Assembly: GCA_001768615.1 (NCBI GenBank)
Contig: MELE01000135.1
Location: forward strand, 37,590 to 101,589
Source: Acidobacteria bacterium RIFCSPLOWO2_12_FULL_67_14b
Lineage (GTDB): Bacteria; Acidobacteriota; Vicinamibacteria; Vicinamibacterales; UBA2999
DNA: 64,000 nucleotides
Direction of reading: 5' to 3'
Under the pieces are notes generated by a model that did not search any database, was not told the origin of the DNA, and saw nothing but the letters and a program-made list of their open reading frames with translations. Shown here piece by piece: positions 55,810 through 64,000 of this stretch. The translations under genes and the position numbers were made by a program. The stretch's first letter is position 1; every line of letters begins with the position of its first letter.

Positions 55810-58776
55810 ATGGGGTTTGCTCTTTCCTGGCCGGATAGGCTTGCCTTGATCGACCCAGACCGCCCAACCGCCGCGTACGCGTCGACCACCGACTCCTGGT
55901 GGCGCGAATGGCGGCAGACCGCGTTGCCGGTGGCGGTGACCCTCGGGTTGCTGGCGCTCGGCCTGGCAAACGTGGTCTCGCGCGCGACGTTCGACGAGAT
56001 CGAAGACGGCGTCCTCTGGGTCGAGCGCGCGGCAGGCGTCGTGGCGGCGGAAGTCGCCTCGCCCTCCGCGGCCAGCCGCGCCGGCGTGCGGCCCGGCGAC
56101 ATCCTCCTGGCCATCGACAACCAGCCGGTTGACGGACGGGCCGACGTCCTCGATCTGCATCGCAACGCGCGGGTCGGCGATCGCCACGCCTACACGCTGC
56201 TGCGGATCGGGTCGCGCGAGGTCGTCAACGTGTCGCTGGCGCCGATGCCGAGCGGCGAGGGCTTCTTCTACTACGTGCTCGCCGCCGTCGGCATCTTCAC
56301 GCTGCTGGTGGGCGCGGCGGTGCGCGCGCGGCGGCCGACCGACCAGGCGACGCTGCACTTCTTCTGGCTCTCGGTCGCGTTCTTCGGCGTCTTTACCTTC
56401 TCGTTCAGCGGCAGCCTCGATCGCGTCGACTGGGTCTTCTACTGGGGCGACGCGATTGCGGTGATGGTGCTGCCGCCGCTCTTCCTGCACTTCGCGCTGG
56501 TGTTCCCGGAGCGGCCGCACATTCCCGGGTATTCCGCGCTGCTGGCGCGCTGGCTGCCGGCCATCTACCTGCCGGGCGCCGTACTCGGGTCGACGCGCAC
56601 GCTTGCGCTGCTGCGCTCGAGCGTGGATCCCGAATACTTCGTCCGCGTGATCTCGCTGCTCGATCGGCTCGAGTACGTCTACCTCGCCGTGTTCCTCGGC
56701 GCCGGCCTCGCCGTGTTGCTGCGCGCGCTGGCGCGGGCCAGGTCGGTCACGACCAAGCGCCAGCTCCGCTGGATCGTCTGGGGCACCGCGCTCGGCGCCA
56801 TTCCGTTTGCGCTTGGCTACGCGGTGCCGTTTGCGCTGGGCGCTGACCCGTCGATCCCGATGGAGCTGTCGGCGATCCCGCTCGGCTTCATCCCGCTGGC
56901 GTTTGCCTCCGCCATCATCCGCTACCGCCTGATGGACGTCGAGATCATCCTCAAGCGCCTGCTGATCTACACGTCGGCGGTGGCGGCCATCGTCGCCATC
57001 TACGCGCTGATCCTCCGCGCATCGGGCGGCTACGTGGTGGAAGGCGAAGCGGAGCATCGCTGGATCATCGCCTTCCTGGCCACCGTGGTCGTGATCCTGC
57101 TCGCCAAGCCGGTCAAGGACGGCTTACAGAAGGCAATCGACCGCGCGTTCTATCGCGATCGCTACGACTACCGCCGCGCGCTCGTCACCTTCGCGCGCGA
57201 GCTGAACAGCGACCTCGACCTCAATCGCCTGGCCGATCGGCTGGTCACGCGCGTGCGCGAAACCATCGAGCTCGATCGCATGGCGTTCCTGCTGGCCAAC
57301 GACGCCGGCGACTTCGAGTCCATCGGCCAGGAAGGCTTCGAGACGCCGCCGCCGCGGTTGTCGGGCACGTCGGGCATCGGCGGCCGCCTGAACGGTGCGC
57401 ATACCGTACGCATCGACGATCCGCTCGCGGTGGCGCGCTTCACCGCCGAAGAGGTCGAGTTCTGGCGCGACGCCGGCATCTTCTACTTCGTGCCCTGCAT
57501 CACCAAGGACAACGCCATCGCCGTGCTGGCGCTCGGCCGCCGCACCAGCGGCGAGCCGCTCAGCAGCGAAGACATGGCGCTCGTCACCGCGGTGGCGGCG
57601 CAGGCCGCCTCCGCCATCGAGAACGGCCGGCTCTATCGCCAGCTGCACCTCAAGGCGTCGGAGCTCGATCGCCTCCACGCCTTCAACGAAAACATCCTCG
57701 AGTCGCTGGACGACGGCCTGCTGGTCGTCGGCCCGGGCGACCACATCGTCCGTTGGAACGCCGCGCTGGAGCGGCTGTACGGGCCGTCGCGATCGAGCGT
57801 GCTCGGCCAGACGATCGACCGCCAGTTCGACGCGCACGTGGTCGACATCCTGAACGCCGCCCGGCGCGAGCATCCCGGCGGCACGACGGTGTTCCGCATC
57901 CCGCTGGTGGCGCGTGGTCCGCGCGCGAATGAACCCCTGCTCGTCAACATCACCACGGTGCCGCTGCAAACGGTGGCCGGCGGGTCGGCGGCGGGCACCA
58001 TCGTGATGCTCGAAGACATCACCGAGCGCTCGCACATGGAAGAGCAGCTGCGGATCTCGGAGAAGATGGCGTCGCTCGGCCTGCTGGCCGCGGGCGTGGC
58101 GCACGAGGTCAACACGCCGCTCACCGGCATCTCGAGCTACACGCAGATGCTGCTCGAGAACGCCGACCCCGCGGATCCGCGGACCCCGCTCCTCGAGAAG
58201 ATCGAAAAGCAGACCTTCCGCGCCGCCCGCATCGTCAACGGCCTGCTCAACCTGTCGCGGCCCAACGCCGCCGAGGCGTCGGAGCGGACGATCGTCGACC
58301 TGAACGTGGTGCTCGGCGACGTGCTGTCGCTGCTCGAGCACCAGTTCGAAAAGGGCAGCATCCGCGTGCGCCGCGAGCTGGCGGCCGAGCCGGTCGCGGT
58401 CGTCGGCTTCGAGTTCAAGCTGCAGCAGGTGTTCCTCAACCTGTTCCTGAACGCGCGCGACGCGATGGCGGCCGGCGGCTGGCTGACGATCTCGACCAGG
58501 CTCGACGGCGGCGAAGTGGTCGCCGAGGTGTCCGACACCGGCGCCGGGATCGCGCCCGAGCATCTCGCCCGGATCTACGACCCGTTCTTCACCACCAAGC
58601 CGGTGGGGCAGGGCACGGGTCTGGGCCTGTCGATCACCTACGGCATCGTCCGCGAGCACGAGGCCACCATCCAGTGCGAGAGCGCGCGCGACAAGGGCAC
58701 GCGCTTCGAGCTCCGCTTTGCCGCTGCGCCGTCATCCGCCGCGACTGTTCCTCCACGTCAGCGCGCAGGACTGTAA
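55810..58776 (+). CDS. Multidomain sensor histidine kinase (PDZ, polytopic membrane region, GAF, PAS, HisKA, HATPase_c)
   Basis: PDZ-like SRAGVRPGDILLAIDNQPV and about 8 TM helices. GAF and PAS regions. H-box MASLGLLAAGVAHEVNTPL, N-box NLFLNARDAM, and G-boxes DTGAGI / GTGLGLS. Confidence 0.85.
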   Translation: MGFALSWPDRLALIDPDRPTAAYASTTDSWWREWRQTALPVAVTLGLLALGLANVVSRATFDEIEDGVLWVERAAGVVAAEVASPSAASRAGVRPGDILLAIDNQPVDGRADVLDLHRNARVGDRHAYTLLRIGSREVVNVSLAPMPSGEGFFYYVLAAVGIFTLLVGAAVRARRPTDQATLHFFWLSVAFFGVFTFSFSGSLDRVDWVFYWGDAIAVMVLPPLFLHFALVFPERPHIPGYSALLARWLPAIYLPGAVLGSTRTLALLRSSVDPEYFVRVISLLDRLEYVYLAVFLGAGLAVLLRALARARSVTTKRQLRWIVWGTALGAIPFALGYAVPFALGADPSIPMELSAIPLGFIPLAFASAIIRYRLMDVEIILKRLLIYTSAVAAIVAIYALILRASGGYVVEGEAEHRWIIAFLATVVVILLAKPVKDGLQKAIDRAFYRDRYDYRRALVTFARELNSDLDLNRLADRLVTRVRETIELDRMAFLLANDAGDFESIGQEGFETPPPRLSGTSGIGGRLNGAHTVRIDDPLAVARFTAEEVEFWRDAGIFYFVPCITKDNAIAVLALGRRTSGEPLSSEDMALVTAVAAQAASAIENGRLYRQLHLKASELDRLHAFNENILESLDDGLLVVGPGDHIVRWNAALERLYGPSRSSVLGQTIDRQFDAHVVDILNAARREHPGGTTVFRIPLVARGPRANEPLLVNITTVPLQTVAGGSAAGTIVMLEDITERSHMEEQLRISEKMASLGLLAAGVAHEVNTPLTGISSYTQMLLENADPADPRTPLLEKIEKQTFRAARIVNGLLNLSRPNAAEASERTIVDLNVVLGDVLSLLEHQFEKGSIRVRRELAAEPVAVVGFEFKLQQVFLNLFLNARDAMAAGGWLTISTRLDGGEVVAEVSDTGAGIAPEHLARIYDPFFTTKPVGQGTGLGLSITYGIVREHEATIQCESARDKGTRFELRFAAAPSSAATVPPRQRAGL

Positions 58777-58778
58777 CC

Positions 58779-60251
<1,473 letters not shown>

Positions 60252-60295
60252 CGAGTCGAAAAGCCACAGGAGACCAGAGAGGCAAATGATCTTGA

Positions 60296-60327
60296 CGCAT
60301 ATCTATATCGAGTGATATAGATATGCG
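60296..60327. promoter_or_regulatory. Perfect 14-bp inverted repeat CGCATATCTATATC-GAGT-GATATAGATATGCG; candidate PadR operator overlapping a promoter
   Basis: Ends 3 nt before the PadR ATG (60331). TTGACG at 60292-60297 and AT-rich TATATC/GATATA hexamers lie inside the dyad. Confidence 0.6.
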
Positions 60328-60330
60328 CTG

Positions 60331-60687
60331 ATGGCGACGAAAAGCCCCGACGCGCACGTGCCGCTCAAGAGCAACTGGTTCCATATCCTCGTCTGTCTCC
60401 TCGACGGGGAACAGCACGGCTACGGCATCATGCGGGAGGTGCTGGAGCGCAGCGGCGGCAAGGTCCGCCTCTGGCCAGCGACGCTGTACGGCTCGTTGAA
60501 ACGGCTCATCGAGCAGGGGTTGATCGTCGAATCCGGTGACCGCCCGGCGCCCGAGTTCGATGACGCCCGGCGCCGCTATTACAAGTTGACCCCGCTCGGG
60601 CAGCGTGTGCTCGACCTGGAGAGCCAGCGGCTCAAGGACCTGGTCGGCATCCTGCAGGCGCACCGCCGGCGGGAGGCGCGCTCGTGA
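60331..60687 (+). CDS. PadR family transcriptional regulator
   Basis: ILVCLLDGEQHGYGIMREV...LWPATLYGSLKRLIEQGLI...RRYYKLTPLGQRVL, typical PadR winged helix. Confidence 0.85.
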   Translation: MATKSPDAHVPLKSNWFHILVCLLDGEQHGYGIMREVLERSGGKVRLWPATLYGSLKRLIEQGLIVESGDRPAPEFDDARRRYYKLTPLGQRVLDLESQRLKDLVGILQAHRRREARS

Positions 60688-61379
60688 GCGCCTTTGCGAC
60701 CGGTTGCGGCCACCTCTACCGCCGGGTCGCGCGCGCGTTTCCTCGCAAGTTCCGCCTGATCTGCGGCGACGGCCTCGAACAACTCGGCGAAGACATGGCG
60801 CCGCTGGTCTGGCAGGAGCAGGGCGTCGTTGGCCTCATCCGGCTCTTCGCCGATCTCGCTCTGTCATTGCCCTACGAATACTTCTCGACTTGGACAGGCA
60901 CACTCAAGGAGATCACCATGACCGGCGATGTGTTTGAAGGAACGTGGAAGGCCAGGAACGAGGAGTCCCAGTGGGACCCGAACTACACGCCATCGCAGGC
61001 ATGCTTGCGATTCGAAGCCACCGAAGCGGGTTACCTGCTGGTCGCCTACGGGATCAAGGACGGCCAGGCCGTGGCCGAGCGGCCCACGTCGATCGTTGCC
61101 GACGGCAGGCGCCGCCCCGTCGTCGACCTGAACGGCCGTCCGATTCCAGGTGTGCCACCTGGTGCGCAGATGTTTGGCAGCCGGCCCGATGCCCAAACCA
61201 TCCAAGCCGGAGTCGAGCTCGATGGCAAGTCACTCGGTGGCGGAACCTATCGGGTGTCTGACGACGGCAACAGGCTGACCGTCACGGCGGAAGGCATGGG
61301 CGTCAAGGGACCGTTCAAGACGGTGGCGGTCTTCGAGCGCGTCGTTCCCGATCCCTACGTGCCGCAATCGGCTACTTGA
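60684..61379 (+). CDS. Hypothetical protein co-transcribed with PadR
   Basis: GTGA start/stop overlap with padR. Coherent 231-aa translation whose C-terminal half is beta-rich (lipocalin-like is a guess only). Confidence 0.55.
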   Translation: MSAFATGCGHLYRRVARAFPRKFRLICGDGLEQLGEDMAPLVWQEQGVVGLIRLFADLALSLPYEYFSTWTGTLKEITMTGDVFEGTWKARNEESQWDPNYTPSQACLRFEATEAGYLLVAYGIKDGQAVAERPTSIVADGRRRPVVDLNGRPIPGVPPGAQMFGSRPDAQTIQAGVELDGKSLGGGTYRVSDDGNRLTVTAEGMGVKGPFKTVAVFERVVPDPYVPQSAT

Positions 61380-62592
61380 TCGTGATGGCGCCGGTGGCAG
61401 CGAGCTTGTCGAAGTAGTCGGCCACGACGGGGAGCGCAACGGAGCCGAACTCGGCCGAGACCGCGTCGCGGATGTCGCTGATCGACCGCTTGCCGTCGAT
61501 GAAATTGCCGATCTCGTAGATGAGGTCGCCCACGTTCGGGAACCTGAGCATGGCCGTGGGCGGATCCGGGGTCGGCAGCGGGCCCTGGCGGACGCGTGAG
61601 GGGATCCGGCGATCTTCGCCGCCCCTCCCGCGAATCCGTTCGGCGGCGGGCACGAACGGCGCACTCGTGATCCCCATGCTCGTCCACACGCTGGTAATGC
61701 TCTTTTCCATGTCGGTCAGGCGGCCGTGCAGAATCGGATCGAGCGGTGCCGGCATGAAGCGCTCGACCGAGCGGATCCGCCGCTGCTCGCGCTCGATCGC
61801 CTGGCCGAACATGATCAGCACGTCGGCGCTGGCGCGCTGCTGGCTGCCCATCTGCGCCACAGCCTTGCGTCCGTCTTCCGCCAGTCGCGCGTGTGCGCCG
61901 ACCGTCAGATGCGAAAGAAGCGCTTCGGCTCCAGGATTGGGAAGCGTCGCCAGGAAGTACGCGGTCGCGGCGGTGACCAAGCCCAGGTGCTTGAGGCCAG
62001 TGGATGCCGCGCCGGCGCCAATCAGCGACACCGTTGGAACGCCGAAGGCGTTCCATTGCGGCTGGCCCACGTTCTGGTAGGGTCCGGCCTCGACGGCCCC
62101 GGGCGCAGTTCCGTAGGGCTTGTGGCGCGCAAACACCTCGACCACTTCGTCCACGATGCTGGCGCTCGACCACGGCGAACGCACGACCTGCAGTGCGTGT
62201 TGGTTCGCTGCGAAGTCGACGTGGATCGCCGCCTTCGTATTCGGAGGGGGCGCGCCGGTTTTGTCCGGCGACGTGACGAAGACGAACCGGATCCCGCGCG
62301 CCGGCTGTGGCAGCCCGTTCCTGCGGATCAGTTCGTTCAGCAGCCGCGCGGTCAGCGCCATCGTCGCGCAGCCATCGGGCCCTGTCGTGCGCGCCGCGCA
62401 GCTGACGAGAACTTCGCCAGCCGCGGATGTTGAGCCCTCAATGAACGCGACGACAGCGGAGGTCGGGGCCGGCGTGACCTCGTCCAGCGCACGGAGGATG
62501 ACGGGCTCGAGCAGCGTCTCCGCCGGCGTGCCGGGCGGCCGCTGGTTGAACTGGCTCGCGGCCAGCAATGCGACGAGAAAGAGAATGCGCAT
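61372..62592 (-). CDS. Hypothetical secreted protein, M28-peptidase-like scaffold with C-terminal winged-helix-like module (DUF4910-like?)
   Basis: Signal peptide MRILFLVALLAASQ. C-terminus IYEIGNFIDGKRSISDIRDAVSAEFGSVALPVVADYFDKL resembles the wHTH tail of DUF4910/aminopeptidase-like proteins. No clear metal ligands seen. Confidence 0.5.
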   Translation of the reverse strand: MRILFLVALLAASQFNQRPPGTPAETLLEPVILRALDEVTPAPTSAVVAFIEGSTSAAGEVLVSCAARTTGPDGCATMALTARLLNELIRRNGLPQPARGIRFVFVTSPDKTGAPPPNTKAAIHVDFAANQHALQVVRSPWSSASIVDEVVEVFARHKPYGTAPGAVEAGPYQNVGQPQWNAFGVPTVSLIGAGAASTGLKHLGLVTAATAYFLATLPNPGAEALLSHLTVGAHARLAEDGRKAVAQMGSQQRASADVLIMFGQAIEREQRRIRSVERFMPAPLDPILHGRLTDMEKSITSVWTSMGITSAPFVPAAERIRGRGGEDRRIPSRVRQGPLPTPDPPTAMLRFPNVGDLIYEIGNFIDGKRSISDIRDAVSAEFGSVALPVVADYFDKLAATGAITIK

Positions 62593-62625
62593 TTCCGCTC
62601 TTAACTCTGCACTCTAAACTCCGAA

Positions 62626-63864
62626 CTACCGTTTCAAGGATCCGATCAAGCGATCGTACTTGGACATGATCACATCCCAGCGATAGTTCCGCTTGATGTA
62701 TTCCTTGCCGTTGCGGCCCATGCGGTCCCGCAGGCGCTCGTCGGCCAGCATCAGCTTGGTGCACTCAAGGAACTCTTCGCGGTTGGCATAGAACAGGCCG
62801 GCGTTGCTCTTCACGCAGTGGTCCACCAGCACCTCGGCTCGTGCGTTGCACAGCACCGGCGTGCCGACGGCCATCGCCTCGAGGGCGAGCAGCGACAGGC
62901 TTTCAAGCGGCGACGGCACCACGACGATGGTGGCGGCCTCGAGGGCCTGGAGGCGTTCGCGCTCCGACAGCAGTCCGGCGAACCGGACCCAGGGCACCTC
63001 GGGCAGCTGCATCAGCTTGACGCCCATCAGCGTCAGCGCGGCCTCGCCGCCCTGCTCCTTGTAGCTGGTGAAGTACTCGATCAGCTCCTCGCAGCCCTTG
63101 CCGGCGTCGATGCGGCCGCCGTAGAGCAGAAACTGCCCCTGCAGGCGGTGGCGGCGGCGGAACTGCGCTCCTCGCGCCCGCAAGTGCGGCGCCAGCCGCT
63201 TGTGCAGCTCCTCGTCGTCTTCGGGCTCGGGCTCGTCCGGCTGCGTCTGGTCCTGCAGCAGATCGACGCCGCACCCCACCGTTTCCTCGGCGACCGCCCG
63301 GAACTCGAACGTCGTCTTCAGGAAGTCCTTTTCGACCTCGGTGTTGAACGCCACGGCGGCGGGCTTGCCGAACATCTCGCGATAGATGCCGAGATGAATC
63401 GCCGGCTCGTTGTGCGCGGTCGGCACCAGGATGCTCCGGGCCGGATCGATCTGCAGGCCCAGCACCGTCGGCGCATAGAGATACGTGAAGAAGATCATCG
63501 CGTCGTACGAGCGATGGTGCTTGTTCAGGTATTCGAGCAGCGGGGGGCACCATGGCCCCTGCTGCTCGAGCCACGACATCTCGTCGTCTCGAGTGTGGGG
63601 GTGATGGAAAATCCAGTCGGAGTACTGGTTGAAGGCGTTGATGTCGCGCGTGTGCGCGTTCTTGAACCGGCGCACGGTGACGCCACGGATGCGGTCGGCG
63701 CCCTCCGGGTAGGCGTTCTCCCACGTGATGTAGTCGCGCGCGCAGGTGGTCAGCACCTCGACGTCGTGCTTGAGCGCCACCCGCTCGGCGATCAGCCGGC
63801 AGTGGTACTCGGACCCGCCGAGAATCTCGGCGCCGTAGCGTTGAACGATGAACGCAATCTTCAC
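62626..63864 (-). CDS. Glycosyltransferase family 4 (GT-B, group 1)
   Basis: MKIAFIVQRYGAEILGGSEYHCRLIAE N-terminal GT4 pattern. C-terminus VVPSPLESLSLLALEAMAVGTPVLCN (E-x7-E-like region). Confidence 0.8.
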   Translation of the reverse strand: MKIAFIVQRYGAEILGGSEYHCRLIAERVALKHDVEVLTTCARDYITWENAYPEGADRIRGVTVRRFKNAHTRDINAFNQYSDWIFHHPHTRDDEMSWLEQQGPWCPPLLEYLNKHHRSYDAMIFFTYLYAPTVLGLQIDPARSILVPTAHNEPAIHLGIYREMFGKPAAVAFNTEVEKDFLKTTFEFRAVAEETVGCGVDLLQDQTQPDEPEPEDDEELHKRLAPHLRARGAQFRRRHRLQGQFLLYGGRIDAGKGCEELIEYFTSYKEQGGEAALTLMGVKLMQLPEVPWVRFAGLLSERERLQALEAATIVVVPSPLESLSLLALEAMAVGTPVLCNARAEVLVDHCVKSNAGLFYANREEFLECTKLMLADERLRDRMGRNGKEYIKRNYRWDVIMSKYDRLIGSLKR

Positions 63865-64000
63865 GATGTCAGCCTTTCGAGCTCGCGCGTGATGCGGGCG
63901 TCGCCGAAGTCGTTCAGGCGGGCGCGTTGTCCGGCAATCAGCTGGGCCCTGAGAGTGTCGTTGTAGGCGAGCTCGCCGAGGAGCTCCGCCGCGTATTCGA
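63861..64000 (-). CDS. C-terminal fragment of an upstream co-transcribed gene (continues beyond window)
   Basis: The minus-strand frame is open from the window edge: ...EYAAELLGELAYNDTLRAQLIAGQRARLNDFGDARITRELERLTS*. Its stop overlaps the GT4 GTG start (GTGA). Confidence 0.55.
   Translation of the reverse strand, partial: EYAAELLGELAYNDTLRAQLIAGQRARLNDFGDARITRELERLTS

Overview
GC-rich bacterial chromosomal segment. The domain repertoire (VWFA-related proteins, PEGA, CarboxypepD_reg outer-membrane proteins, TPR, BON, NHL) looks Acidobacteriota-like, but that taxonomic call is inference only. I count about 58 densely packed protein-coding genes on both strands. Housekeeping and central-metabolism genes include polA, pcnB, serC, acs, eno, gpmA, glgC, myo-inositol-1-phosphate synthase, rmuC and a methylmalonyl-CoA mutase catalytic subunit. 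These are mixed with envelope, peptidase and signalling genes: a histidine kinase with an NtrC-type regulator, PilZ, a degenerate GGDEF protein, an MshEN-type ATPase, and TetR and PadR regulators. I saw no rRNA, tRNA, CRISPR array, transposase, integrase or prophage genes. Four things stand out. (1) A secreted peroxiredoxin-like/DsbD-N fusion has an in-frame TGA exactly at the first Cys of its WCPYC redox motif, with a SECIS-like hairpin just downstream; it is a candidate selenoprotein. It sits beside a ChrB-like gene that is translationally coupled to a Tat-signal SufS-like PLP protein lacking the catalytic Cys. (2) Many of the roomier intergenic spacers carry locus-specific short tandem repeats (7-13 nt units), often arranged as inverted arrays around an AT-rich centre. 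Some arrays run into coding sequence. (3) A degenerate GGDEF protein (A-site lost, I-site kept, HTH fused) is divergent from an orphan MshEN-type GspE/PilB ATPase with C-terminal zinc ribbons. (4) A five-gene operon encodes a secreted atypical-kinase-like protein, DUF4956, a PLD-like protein and a metallophosphoesterase. All coordinates come from the supplied ORF track plus manual reading. Start codons were refined by hand and no homology searches were run, so product names rest on motifs I recognise.
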